Part shown: positions 20,689-33,900 of the stretch, piece by piece
Position numbering within the stretch: the stretch's first letter is position 1
Layout: each line of letters begins with the position of its first letter
Made by a program: the position numbers and the translations under genes
NCBI GenBank assembly: GCA_977862235.1
Contig: OZ374558.1
Coordinates: 1,178,001-1,242,000 of the forward strand
DNA length: 64,000 nucleotides
Direction of reading: 5' to 3'
DNA from: Dudresnaya verticillata
Lineage: Eukaryota
The notes under the pieces: model-generated
The model's database searches: none
Seen by the model: only the letters and a program-made list of their open reading frames with translations
Told to the model about the DNA's origin: nothing

Positions 20689-23357
20689 CTAGTTTTTCGC
20701 CTTGAGCGCGGGCGACCGTGGTAACGGTGGTGGTGGCGGAAAGGGTCGTGACCCTGGTCTTGGTGACCGCGGCGGTTGCCTTGGAGCGTCGATGGGGTGA
20801 TTCAGACCCGGATGAAATTGAACTTGCCTATTTCCGCCGGCGCCCGTCCCCATATTTTGACGCGTGCCTGTCGGTGGCCCAATCGCTTGGCCTGTCGAGG
20901 CCGGTCCATTTGCGAAGTAGGGCAGTCGCCCCACGGTTGCCAACCATGCCTTCTGCTCATGCGAGAGCTCTTGGAACTGCTTCCTTTTTAGAGTCTCAAA
21001 AGACTGTTCGTCCGTACGCGCCAGGTGAGGGCAATTTGGCTTTTTATGGCCGACGCCACAACACTCAAAGCAGATGTCATTTGGTTGGTCCTCGATCGTT
21101 TGCCATCCAGGACGCTGCGTCCTTGTTGGCTGAGCCCAGGCTGGGAGCCTTTGGTTGTAGTTTTGGATGATCGCATCCACTTCGCCATAATATGGCTGGC
21201 CATAGGAGTACTGCCCGGAGGACCAGCTGTCTGATTGGGTTGCCGTCGATGGTGGCGCTTCCTCATCTATTGCCGCGACGACGGCATCTTCGTTGTCGTC
21301 CTCAGAGTCGCTACTCTTTGAGGATTCGGAGTCAGATGCTCCCGACCGCCTCGACTGGCGAATGAGCAGTGCCCGACCAGGTTTGTGCGTCCGTACCTTC
21401 GCGAGGGTTTTCTTGTGCAGCGTCGAGGTCGCTTTCTTCGCTCTGCCACCACCCACTAGGGCACGATGAGAATCTCCCTGGGCGGTCGCGAGCTCGACAT
21501 AATCTGCCAAACGGGCGGTCCGTGGATCCAGAGAGGTAGTGCTCAGCAGCGGCTTCACCGCGGGGAGAAGACCCCTAATAAACCGTTTTATTAAGTCTTG
21601 CTCTGTATAGACCCCAGCGACTCGTCGCGCCTGATTTTGCAACCGTCGAGAGAAGGTGACCTCATCCTCATTCGGCTCTTGTGCCATCGTGTCCATATCA
21701 GAGGCGATCCTCTCGATGTAGACATCTTTCGCATACGTGCGAAGAAGGTAATTGACGTCCTCGGCCCACTCGGTGAACCCACCATTATCATCTCCTGCAG
21801 CGTCGAAGTTCGCTTCAAACATGTCTTTGGCATCCCTCTCCAGAAATTCTGGGGTGACAAGGATAGCTGCTCCTTCACTAATGTGAGCTTGGTCCAGCTG
21901 TCGTTTCAGCGTTTCGAGAAATCCAATAATGGATACTGGGTCACTTCCGTCGAACCGGCGACTTCTCATCACGGTCTTCACCCGTTTTATCTTCTTCGTC
22001 GTAGTCTCCGTGACTTCGGGTCCCCGGTAGTCATCCAGGTTCAACAACCTATACCTCCTGTACGAAAGTACGGGTATGAAGGCAGGGTTCCTCGGAATCA
22101 ATTCCTTCAAACCGGAACGCCGGGGTCCCTTCCAAGAAGACCAGGAGGGTCTGGAGAAGGTTCTCGACTGTGGCGCTTCGTCCTCAGACGGACCTGAGGT
22201 AGGGTATGCTTCCCGATGGGGGCCCCGCCATGTCGATGGCTAGAATGCCTATCGGGGCGAGACCGAGGTTGACTCGGTCGGCTGCAATTACACCCCCGGT
22301 GATTTGGACACCGGGCCATTTCCTCATCGTCTTGAGATTCGGGGCCTGACCCGAGGTGGGGTAACCTTCTGCGACGGTCTCGCGTGCCTCGAGGCACTGG
22401 CGAACGACGCCGCATTATCTCAGGGACGACTTCCCTTTCGCGGTTGAGTCGCCGCATTTGTGCTGCAATCATAGCGACTCGACGCTTCTCCGCATCGAGC
22501 TCCTGTTGGAGGAGCTCGATGCGTCTGTCTTGTTCAACACAACGAGTGTTGTCTACGCCCAACTGGGCGTCTGAAATAGCCAAAGCGGCTTCTTGTCTCG
22601 AACGGTCGGCGTCCGTTGTAACCTGGTCTAATTCCTGGTGGACCAAGTCTAATTGGTCCCCCAAGGAATCGACCTGGACTTGTAGGGTCTCGACCCGTTC
22701 TTCGTCTGCTCCTCGAGAGGAGGTTTGTCGACATCGAGAATCGATCTCTTGTTGGACCTCTGCCAACAATTGATCGCCCCGACGGGCTGTAGAGTCGTCG
22801 AAATAACGCTTCACCCTCGAGAGGGTTTCGTCAGCTTGACTCTCAAGCAACGCTCGGACGCTCGTGACGAGAGCATTTTCGATGCCCAATTCGACCATCT
22901 GGCCTATCTCGCGTTCGGAGAAACACCGTTGGTCGGTCGAATTGGCTTTCGTTCTCATTGGCACCCCTATATCCGGGGGCAATGATGACGTCGTCACATC
23001 TTCTAGGGCCTGTCCGCCCGTCCCGTGCTGGCTAGCCCGACTGATGGGCGGCGGCGGCATACTAGGGTCAGGACCCTCATTCGCGCCGTAGTTGGCGGCG
23101 CTTGCGGAAGCGGTCCTGACCGTGTTTTCTTCATTCGGGACCTGTCCCTTCTCTGCAACAGGTGGTTCCTCATCTCCTGGAGCGCCTGCCATTCGAGGCG
23201 GGCGTTCCACTTCTCCTACTAAAGGATTTTGGGCAAGAGCGGCGACGGCCGCACGGGTTCTCGTCCCAATTGTCCTCACGGAGGAAAGACTGCCGGAACG
23301 GCTTCCACCACGACTGGTCAATCCCGGTCGGGTGGTCTCGCCGTTGGAAGTCGGCAT
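20689..23357 (-). CDS. gag: Gag of element 1, split by a frameshift near 22100-22200
   Basis: Capsid-like FDGSDPVSIIGFL and QEPNEDEVTFSRRL. CCHC knuckle CFECCGVGHKKPNC. Coiled-coil N-terminal part. Confidence 0.85.
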
Positions 23358-23828
23358 GTTCAGGTCGCTCTTGTCGACCTAAACGAAGGATATCGGTCCT
23401 GTGGTTGCCTGACGGGAAGTTTTTCCAAGTGGTCAATCTTCTTCAGAACCGTCGTTCTCGGGGTTACGGGCGATTCTGTCCACGCGGTCTTTCCGCAATG
23501 CGCGCCCGCACAGCCCGTACAAGGACGTATTTTTTTGTACAGGTACTACGATAACCTGTTGAGGTTCTCCTGGAAGGGGCGTCAATCCGCGACTAGGATG
23601 TACTCGTTGAACTAAATAAAACCGCCACGGCGGTAGGGGTGCTTGCACTAGATTTGACGTTACTCCAGCGCTTGATATGAAGCTTAGGGACCGTCGTCAC
23701 CCGGACGACTAGGGTTTCAACGCCAGGTAGTCGAACCTTGAGATCTTACAGGGAGAAAACTCGATCCTTGAAAATTCCAAAGCGATGGACTGACGTTGAG
23801 GTAATAAAGGGAACCGACCCAGAACCGG

Positions 23829-23846
23829 TTCTAGGTCGGGAGACCA
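23829..23846 (-). promoter_or_regulatory. Primer binding site TGGTCTCCCGACCTAGAA
   Basis: One nt after the LTR-terminal CA; complementary to a tRNA 3' end ...GGGAGACCA. Confidence 0.85.
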
Positions 23847-23847
23847 C

Positions 23848-24248
23848 TGTAGTAGTATGGCGCGACGAGCCAGTAGCCCGCTAAACGGCAAGGACAGCTG
23901 TCCCATGCGCGCACACACCCTAACGAGGGTAGCTCAATGGAGAGTTGGTAGAGACTTTGAGGGAAAAGGGAAAAAGGCTAGCGTGCCTGAAAGAAAGGGA
24001 AAAGGGGCGGCGCCACCCTAACACTCGTAGAGTACAAAGCCGTACGAGGCTAAAGCTTGTAAAGCACCTGGAAGGGGGAGTACGGTGAGCCCGTGTAGAC
24101 CAAAGAAAGGGTACAGACCCGAAACCCACCGTAGGGTTCTATTCAGCAGACCCCTGCTAGTCAGGGGCGCAATAAATATGGCGAAGGCCGAAAGCGCCTT
24201 CGCCGCTATTCCTATTCTAAGCTATTGAAGTTAGCATTAATAATTACA
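23848..24248 (-). repeat. 5' LTR of element 1
   Basis: TGTA...TACA termini. The outer boundary at 24248 is inferred only from the terminal motif. Confidence 0.7.
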
Positions 24249-24810
24249 ATGAGGTAGTGAGCGGTCGTACTCCGCCCTGCGCACGTAAGCTGCTTACGAC
24301 CTCGGGCGCGTTCCTGCGCGTAAGGCCATGGTAAATCAGCCAATCACGGCTAGCCATCTCATTGGCGCCGTGCTGTTCCCAGCAATGCCATATGGAGTGG
24401 CCAGCAATGCACTGGGCCTTACAGGGCGGCAGTACGGGCGGCGCCTTACAGGCGCATGCCACGCGCAATATTACCCGCGCATTACAGGCGCAAAACACGT
24501 GTACGTGCTTACAGCCGCTGGCGGCTCATTGTGCCACAGGTGGCTCAGGGATCAACATGGAGATGGACAAGAACCGGTAAGCACCCATTTGTCTAAATGC
24601 GTTTTGCGCCAAGAATGGTACACGCCATAAGGGAGGCGTACATAAATGCCCGTTCCTGACTCCTGAGAAAGCCGGGGCGCTGATTAAGGAACATATTGCC
24701 GATAAGCGCGAGAAGACTAAGAAGTACAAGCAGGGATGGTATGCGACAGTCAGTATTGATGAAAACATTAACCTAATGGGAGGTACGTTTGCTTTGTCGA
24801 TCGCACTACA
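24249..24810. repeat. Probable remnant of another LTR
   Basis: Ends in ...cactaca exactly where an element-2-type gag start is interrupted. Contains repeated ttacagg motifs and CCAAT boxes. Confidence 0.4.
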
Positions 24811-24913
24811 CACGAATCGGGACGACTCGGAGTGTGAGACATTGTGTCTCGGATAGAAGCGAATTAAAAATAAATGCGAAACTTTGGAACTACGTTCTAG
24901 GTCGGGCGACCAG

Positions 24914-27900
24914 TGTGGTATAACGAAGTCCACGGTGACGCGGAGAAGTCTCGCACTGTAAGGAATGGCCTCGGAGCCTAACGAATGGCCTCGTACCCTA
25001 AGGGAAAACGAAGAACGGAAAAGGGGCGGCAGCGTGGGAGAGCGGAGCGACCACCACGAAGGATCACGGTGTCAACGTATTCGTGTGCGGAAGGTAGAAC
25101 TCGAGGAATCTATGTTGAAGCAGCCGTTGTGGAGTGCTGACGACGGTTGAGCCGACTCGCGACCGGCGCACCGGTGAGCTGGCGGCAAAACCCGAACGGG
25201 AGTGCAGCGACACAGTAGCACTGTACGCCTTGCTGGAGTCTGCGCGCACCACCAATAGGAGCCAAGTAGTTGCTTTATTTGTAATTAGGTAATTGTAATG
25301 ATATTGTACAGTACGTAGTGTCAGCCGGCCAATGAGAATGCCGAGCATGTCCGCAACGGTGACCGGGACCAGTAGGGCCGGAGCCATCTGGTGGACCAGA
25401 CCCATTGGGATCTGGCCCACACGGACCGGACCGCGGGACCGGACCGCGGGGCGTATCTCCCAGTATATTAATGGGTGGCCACCGCGAGTCCTACAGTAAA
25501 CGGGTACGCAACCCTGGGCAAAGTGACTTACCCTAAGCCTTACCCTCATACTCCTTTACGGTTTCCCCTCGCCAGCCCCGTGCAAGGATTCCTTTTACCT
25601 CCGTCCCGGTGTAGCGGCCCTGGCACTGTACCGTCCCTCTTGTATGTTGCGTCCCTTTACTCCTTACAGGTGTTGCCGCTCGAGGTACTCCCTTCGGTCT
25701 ACGAACTAAGCTCTACCACCCCGGTGCCGTGTGAGATCACTCCTTATTGGGATTGCCTGATCAGCTCTCCTTACAGGTGTGCCTTTCACTTCACCACAGG
25801 ATCGATCACCGGGGATGACTCCGAGTGCGCGGGGCAATCGAAAGCGAGGCTCGACTGTATCCGCGGTCACGAAGACGAAGACAAAGAACTGTAAGAAACA
25901 GGCGCTTACCGAAGATTCCGAGGTCCGGGCGCTAGTCGCTTACCGGAAACCCTCTGAGGTTGTTCCAGACGACTGGCTAGGTAATACTACGTGAGCACGA
26001 ATACACGTCAGCGCGGGAGACGATTCGTACTCGAATGATTCGTAACGGCCTCGGTGCCAACGAACGGTCGTCTCACGTATGGTGGCGGTTACGAAGTGCG
26101 CCAGCAATGCATACGGAGGTGCACGCGCGTCGTGGGCCTCATTGCCGTTACGCGCAGGAAACAACGGGAAGATCGCGAAGGTGTCAAATATTTCGTATTG
26201 TGTGGTCACTGTAATGCGAATGCCATCGTGTCGTGCGCATTCACGGAGTCACTTCGAAATTCGTAGTTCTCGATTATTTTCACGTAGACCACGGAGTCGT
26301 TTTGCGCACAGCGTCTATACCATACGGTCCCCTCCTCAATAGCGAACGTCCCGGTCGCGGGTTACGAATCACGAATTGGCGTGGCTCGGTTTCCCTCGGA
26401 GAAGCGCATGTGGAGCCATCCGAGTGGGTGTGCGGAGATTGCTTCGCGCGTTGTCCGTGTTGCGTTGGGTCCAGGCCCTCGATCTCGGTCATTTCACTCC
26501 TCGGTCTCAACTCCGTAGCTCGCGATCTGCGCGTTTCTCGTTTCCCCCTCGTGCGCTTCGTAGCGGCGGTTTCGGGTTGCTTTGTAGCATCATATCGCTG
26601 TTCGCTTCGCTCCGTGGCGTAGCCTACTCGGCTTCGATTTGTACGATCTCGCTGTTGCTCCGCTGACTTTGATGGTCCGTAATAACCTTCTTCGGTTTTC
26701 GTGGCCTGACGTTGCTTGTCCTCCATGGGATACGCCTTCGGGACTCGTATGATTTTCTTGCCTCCAGCCCTCGGATCTATAGTTACGTAGGTGTTCACGT
26801 AGGCGGGTAGCATCGTAGGTTCTTGTAAACGAGTACTGAGTTCGGTGTCCGATTGACCATCACTTGTAGACTTAGTCTCCGCACTGTGCACGAAAGATTG
26901 CGGAAGACACGAAGTCGCTGATCCTTAATTTTCGTAATTTTTGTGCGACTCGATTCGCCTTAATTTGATTTCGAAAAAACGCGGGGGCGCTGTCATCGAG
27001 ACCTGTGAAAACCGACCGCATGGACCCCTCCTCAAGACGAAGGCACCCGCGTCGACGCTGCGGGGGGGCCTCATGATTTCGGGCTCCTCTGTGAGCATCA
27101 CGATGGTCTAGAGGACCATGTAGAGGTTGAAGAATGAGCACCGGGGCTCTGGGCTCGAAATGGTGTGAACCTGCGTGCAAACGACGCAATACGAAGCGAT
27201 TCACGGTTCTGGACATCGGGGTGCGCCAAACGAAATTCGTATGCGGAAACCGGACTCAACTTGAACTCCGGATATCGTAACAGCCTCGGGAAACACGGAG
27301 ATCAAACGCAAGGGGCATCGTGCCTCACATTCACGAATGGCGTGCACGCCGGTGCGAGCAACGCAGGATTGTACGCGAAATTTCGGCACAGTCGCGTTTT
27401 GAACAACCGGGTGTTGGGAATCGGAATTGACTTGGACCTCGGAGTCCACAAAGACCTCTGGAATCACGTAGAGAAGACGGATTAGAAATCGCAGCTTTGG
27501 TTCTCGAACGGCGTGGATGCGGTTGCAAACGATGGAAAACAGCGATTTCGGGAGCTCCGAGGCGACACGACATGCGAATTCGAACTGGATCGTGGCATCG
27601 CGAGTTGACTTCGATATTATCCATCGGTAGGCCGTGTAAACTTGTCACGAGCTGGCCCATGGAGCTCCGGGGCTTGTGTTCACGAATGGCGGCGTCATCG
27701 AGACTTCGGAATTTCACGTGCACGGCCCTCTCCTCAGACGAAGGCGTCCGCGCCGACGTTATGAGGGGTGATGCTGCCATGCGGGCTCCTCCGAGAGCTT
27801 CGCAGCGGGCTTGAGGACTGCGTCGAGCAAGTTGCGTGAGCTCCGAGGCTGTCATTGGCGAGTTGCTGCGTGTGCGCATCCGTGCGGGGTACACGAACGT

Positions 27901-30900
27901 ATGCGTACCGAGGCACCGAGGTCATGCGAGAGCATTGCGCACGTGCAGCAAACGAGGACTCCGTGGTCGTCTCAAAGGCACCTCGTGCGTCTTAAAAAGT
28001 GGTGAGGTCCGTGTCGCAAACGCGGGGATGAGTCGACTCCTGCGCTGCTCCGAGGCAATCGTTCGAGCAATGTTGGCGTGCTGCGCGGGGTGCGACGTCG
28101 GTTTGCGGCGTGCGGAGGCATCGGCCGCGGAGTATGACGTAATGTGCGTATGACAAGTTACGTATAGCGCACCGTGTCCGTCCGGCGCGGTGTCAGCCCC
28201 TGTAATTCGAGTGCCGCGGTGCAACCGTGTGCGCGTACGAGCCTGTGTCGAATATCACGAAGCTTGCTGTATCCACCGCCACAGTAGTGGACATGCCCAT
28301 CGCGATACCGCGCGACTGCGTGAGAAGCGACTTCGTAGTACCATCGTGGCGAACGAATTTGGTGGTGCAGAGAGGGCTTCGTGTTGCCACCGAGGGGTTC
28401 TTTGTCGTGCGTCGCATGCAACCGAAATTGCGCAGCTGCGCTAGAGTGAGATGCGGGGTGAAGGCTGTCTGCTCCGAGGCAACCGTGTGCGCCGGGGCAG
28501 TTGTAGTGCGCGACGAAGGCGCGTTGCGAAATACGGAGACGAGTATCACGAAATGGTGCCACGAGGGGCGCGTAGCGGTACTGTGCAAATGTATGCTCCG
28601 GGGCAATCGAAATGAGCACTTTCGCAGTCAACAAGTGATGCAAGAATGCAGTGGGGCGCCGGAGCCATTCGTGTAATGAGCTTCGGGTGCCGCGCAACTC
28701 GAGTAGGCGTAGGCGTTATTCGGGCTGCGGGTTGCGGATCAAGAAGTCGGGGCCACGGAACCACTCGGGGTCCCAGTCGGAGAGCCATTCATGGGCGAGT
28801 AGCACGGGATCACGCGGGTCCGCTTGGCTTCGAAGCCTTTCGAAGTAGTGCGAAACGAGTTCTTCGGGCACGTGCGTACGAGGTTCCCACGTAGGCGTCA
28901 CGTAGCCGTCCCACTTGATAGGAAACACTAATTTCTCTTCTTCGTCCGTCGAATGATCGAGGATACGATCTAGAACGTACTCGGGGCCTTCGTTGACCTT
29001 TTTCGCAATGTATTCGGGTCGCGTAATCGACGATCGCGAACTCGTAGGTGGTGGCTCGTAGATACAGCGGTCCGCGGAGACGCGTTCAACGAAGCCTTTG
29101 CGATCGATCACGAGTGTACGCGTATCGTTGAAGAGCACTTTGTACGGCCCCTCCGCGGGGATTTCAACTTCTGAAGTTTCGTTTTTCCATCGTGGGTATC
29201 GAGTAGTACGTAGTCTCCGAGTTTCACGCGACTCTTCGTGCGTCGGATGCGCTTATCGAAATCGTGTTTGTAGCGGTTTTGCAGGCGCTGTAACGAAGTT
29301 CGTGCGGAGGTGATTGCGACATCGAGTCGCTTAATGAAATCGTTTCGAATGTCCTCCGTGGGTTTCGGTCGGTGCTTACGGGAGCGATGCTTGACGATGA
29401 ATTCGGGCGGCGGTCGCGATAAAACGAGATTGAACGGAGTTTTCTTCGTAGACCGATGAACTTGGCAGTTGTAAGAATACGTTAACGCGGAGACATAGCG
29501 GTCCCAATCGTTTTGATGGTCGCTCACGTAGTTACGAAGCATCGTGAGGATAGTCCGGTTATATCGTTCGATTTGTCCATTCGTTTGAAGATGATATGCG
29601 GAGGCGAACACGTTCGATAACCCGAGTAGGTGGCAGACGCCCTGAAATAATTTCGAAGTAACTTGTTTTCCGTTATCCGAGAGCACCGAGGCTGGTGGCC
29701 CGTATTTGAAGATCCAACTTCGCAAAACGCGACTGCGACGTGATACGCGGTTATGACTCGTAGTGTAGCCACCTGGGTCAACTTCTTAAATCGATCCGTA
29801 ATCATAACGATGAACTTGCGTCCGGATTTCGTTCGTGGCAACGGGCCTAAGATGTCAATCGCGACCGATTCGAGTGGGCGCGTAGCGGGGAAGAGCTTCA
29901 AGCGATGAAGGTTCCTTCGTAAGCGAATCCGATTTCTCGCGTAGTGCTTGCAACTTCGAACCGTAGATGCGATATCGGCAGCCATGTAAGGCCAGTAATA
30001 CGTTTCACGAAGTGAGTAGAACATGCGATTCTGCCCCGGGTGGCCAGCGAGTAACGAATGGTGCGCTAGCGTAAGTAACCGGGGTCGGAGCGCTTCGGGC
30101 AATACGATTTGCGTTAACTTCGGAATTGTCGGATGCGCTCGTCGCAGGAGACCGTCTCCATCTTCGTGAAAGAGACTATCCTTCGTTTTCGGTTGTCGTG
30201 CTTGCACCGTGTGGCAGAACAAATCAATACGCTGTCCCTCGAGGATCTCTGAAACGGCAATCGGTGCGGGTAGGTCTACCGGTTTGACATCGGTTAGGTC
30301 ACGCGGTTCTTCGTTAGGATCGATTCGATAAGGGTCAAAAACAGATCATCGTCATCGATATAGTCCCATAAATCGCAGTCATCGTAGACATCGTTTGGTC
30401 CTGCGTATTCATCACGTAGTGCTTCGTCGTGTGCGTGGGCGCTGCCTTCATGGCTTTGAGGATGGTGAGCTTCGTAATCTTTCGGGACCTCCGTGGGTCT
30501 TTGCGTAGTGCCTGCTCGAATTACCCGTTTTGCGGGCGTAGTCGTCCGCGTGGAGCCGTGGCGAGTCGCGGTAACTTTCGATTCACGTTTGCGAGATCTC
30601 GTAGTGATGAGAACCGGGTCTCTTACGATTTGGATAGTTTTCGCGACGTCGTTTCGGAAGCGTGCTTCGTTCTTTGCTGCGTTTCGACCCGAGTCAAACG
30701 TAGGCACTTCGTCTTCGATTGCGGGTTGTTCGCGATGCGGAAGTAGCAACCGCGAGAGGGCATCGGTGATCTGGTGGACGCGACCGGGGCGATACACGAT
30801 TTCGAAGTCGAATTCGGCTAAGCGCAGCCTCGATCGCGTGAGTGGCCCGACGAATCGGTGAGAGAAAGAAGCCAGCGGAGCGCGTCGTGGTCCGTACGCA

Positions 30901-33900
30901 CGGTGAACCGGGTCCCTTCGATATACGGACGTAACTAAGTAACCGCCCATACGACTGCGTAGCATTTGTGCTCGGTCGTGGAGTAGTTCTTCTCGGCATG
31001 CTTTAGCGAATAAGACCAGTATCCCGCCGGTTGGAACTCTTCGTTTTCTTGCTCCTGTAGCAACGCGCATCCGCGTTGATACGCAGACGCATCCGTATCG
31101 ATGATGTAACGTTTCCAGAGTTGCGGTAACCGGAGTATCGGCGGTGACACGAGCTTCCGTTTGAGCGTTTCGAATGCGGTAACCTGATTCTCCGTGGGAT
31201 TCTAGTAGTCGGGATCCGCGCCCTTTCGTGTCATGTTCGTCAACAGTGGCGCAATTTTCGCGAAGTCTTTCACGAATCTTCGGTATACGTTACACTCGCC
31301 GAGGAACGAACGGACTTGCGTGAGTGTCTTCGGGAACTTCGCGTATCGGAATTCCTCGGAACTCTTTTCGGCCATACTCAGCTTCCCCGGGGAAGTTACG
31401 TGTCCGAGATAGTCGACTCGCTTGCGGAAAAGGAAGCACTTCTTCATCTTGAGCGAAACCCCGGAGTTGCGGAGTAGCGTGAGGACTTGATCGAGATGCG
31501 CGATGTGTTCACGAAGATTCGCGGAGAAAACGATCACGTCATCGAGGTAAACGAGACAGCACTGCGAACGGACTCCGGATAGAATGATATCGAGTACACG
31601 TTGAAACGTAGCGGGCGCGTTTTTCAAACCGAAGGGCATACGAAGATAACGATAAGTTCCGAGAAACGAAGTAAACGTAGTCTTGTCGCAGTCTTCCGGG
31701 GCAACCGGAATCTGCCAGTACCCGCTGTTACAATCGAGTATCGAGAAAATCGAAGCATCTCCGAGTGAATCGACACAATCTTCCATCCGGGGAAGCGGGT
31801 ACGCGTCGGATAGTGTCTTCGTATTGCGTCTTCGGTAATCTACGCAAAAACGAAGTGTTCCGTCTTTCTTCGGTGCGAGGACTACGGGGGACGCCCACTC
31901 CGAGGTGGCTGGTTCGATTAATCCGACTTCGAGCATACTGTCGATTTCGTTACGGACGATTTCGCGTATTTCAGGCCCTTGACGGTAGGGAATCGAACGA
32001 ATAGGTCGCGTCCTGGGTTGTAGATCGATTCGATGCTCCGTGGCTGCGATCGTTCCGAGGTCTCCGTTCCACATCGATTCGTGCTTACGTAGCATCTCGA
32101 GGACCTCGTTTCGCATAGTTTCGTCGGGTATGTTCGAAAGGTATACGCGTTCTTCCGAATCGCGGGAACTCGAATTGGCTTCGGCTGCTGCAGTCGCGGC
32201 GCCCTTCGTGAGCGGTTTTTCCTTCGTGGATACGGATTCTCGGGTGACTTCGAGGCGTCGTGCTCACATAGCGTAGAGATGTTGAGCACCTTGGCAAACG
32301 AATCCGCGATTTCGCTATCGGGTGTCAAAATCGCGAGCGGGTTTCGAGCTGCGTATCCGATGGCTGTTCCCTTCGGTAGAGCTCGAGGCTTATCCATGAA
32401 GTTCGCCATCAACGCCGAAAACTCGCGATTCGGGCTGACTTCGTGTACCCCGTTCGTTAACCGTACTCCGTGTCTATGCTGTAACCAACGTTTCAGGTCG
32501 ATGGGAATTAGCCCGAATGCTTCCGAGGTCACGGTGACTAGCTCCTACGAATAACTCGGGATACTGACTCGGCGGCTCAAAGGAATGGTGCGGGTGTCTC
32601 GGTCCCAATCGTGCAGCTCGCGTTGTTGTCGCTTCGATAGCGTTTTCCATAATTTCTGTTTTAGATTTTTCGAATTAGTAGCGGGCGGAGCCGATCCAGC
32701 AATGCGATTGATAATCGGAATTGTGCTTCCACGTTTTGTGATGAGCCTCCGTCGGCTGAGCTCGATGCTTCTTAAATGCGCGTCCATCCACGAAGTTACA
32801 AGGAGAACATCGACTGCTAGTTTTCCGCAACCACGAAGAGTACGCGGTATCGAACGTTCCCGAGGCGGACTGTCAGGTAAACGATGCCATCTATTCGTAG
32901 CGGGGTGTGATCAGCGGACGCGAGCCTCGGAGCTGATTCCATCATGGACGTGTTCGCTTCCCAACCGATGGGTAACGCACCCGGGCTATTGGGTTCTAAC
33001 CGGAACACGTATCGACTGCAATCGTATGCGGCGCCATTACGGAGGCATCGATTCCAATGGATCCGGTCACGAGGAAGATATACGAAGTCATCAAACAAAC
33101 GTATCCCTCGGTGGTAACTTCGGGTTCGATCTTCGAGATCGGTATCTTCCTCGAATTGTTTTCGCACGAAGCGGCTTTCGCGAGGACTCGACATCGCTTT
33201 CGGTATCGTCGTCGTGCATCGCGCTTCCTTCGCATCGCAGCGGCTCTCGGAATCGGAATATGCGGAGTGTCTCGGGGAACGGATTCAGACGAAGTACGTG
33301 ACACAACGGGCGTCTTCGCCTTTATTCGTTTTCCGAACTCGAACTAGAATCCGAATTACGATCGTCCGCATCCAAAGGGGTGGTTGATCCATCACCTCTT
33401 CCGTTATTCGCGGAGTCTTTGTAAGCCTCCGAGGGCAGGTTCGGGTGACTCGGCTCAATCGTGTCAACGTTTTCACGGGCGGCGAGAACCCGCTGACGGC
33501 CCGGGCCTGCGCGTGCCTCGGATGGCGGAGGGCATTTGGCGGCCCTCGACGCTCAAAGCTGACTTGACGCTGGGTTTGGTCCCTCCGGTAGCGCGTATCG
33601 CCTTGATGAAGGTCTCGGTTTACGCGATTGTCACGCGATCCTCGGGAGTCTTGTCCATGGTGACCTCGATTGTCAACGGACGGTCACTACGTAGCAGACA
33701 CTCGGTTCTTCGAATCACGCGATTTTTTGGGCCGCGGTGTCACGTTGTTCGCGACTTCGCAATGTCGTTCTTTCGGCTTGCGCGATTCTTTGTACGCTCA
33801 TGAAGTTCCTTTTATCGTACAACGGTAAACGGCGAACCTGGTCGGCCACGGTATGATGCGTAGTAGGTAGTAGTCCACGAATAAATTGGTGCGTTAACGA

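Larger units (their letters stand above)
12749..24248 (-). mobile_element. Ty3/gypsy chromovirus (element 1): 5' LTR 23848-24248, gag, PR-RT-RH-IN-chromodomain, antisense extra ORF, truncated 3' LTR
   Basis: Direct repeat 12749-12848 / 23848-23947. PBS next to 23848. Gypsy domain order. Confidence 0.93.

Noticed and set aside
12640..24810. Idea that 12640-12748 and 24249-24810 are one LTR split by element 1
   Set aside because: TG and CA ends fit, but the flanks of element 1 (ggtgg vs atgag) are not a TSD
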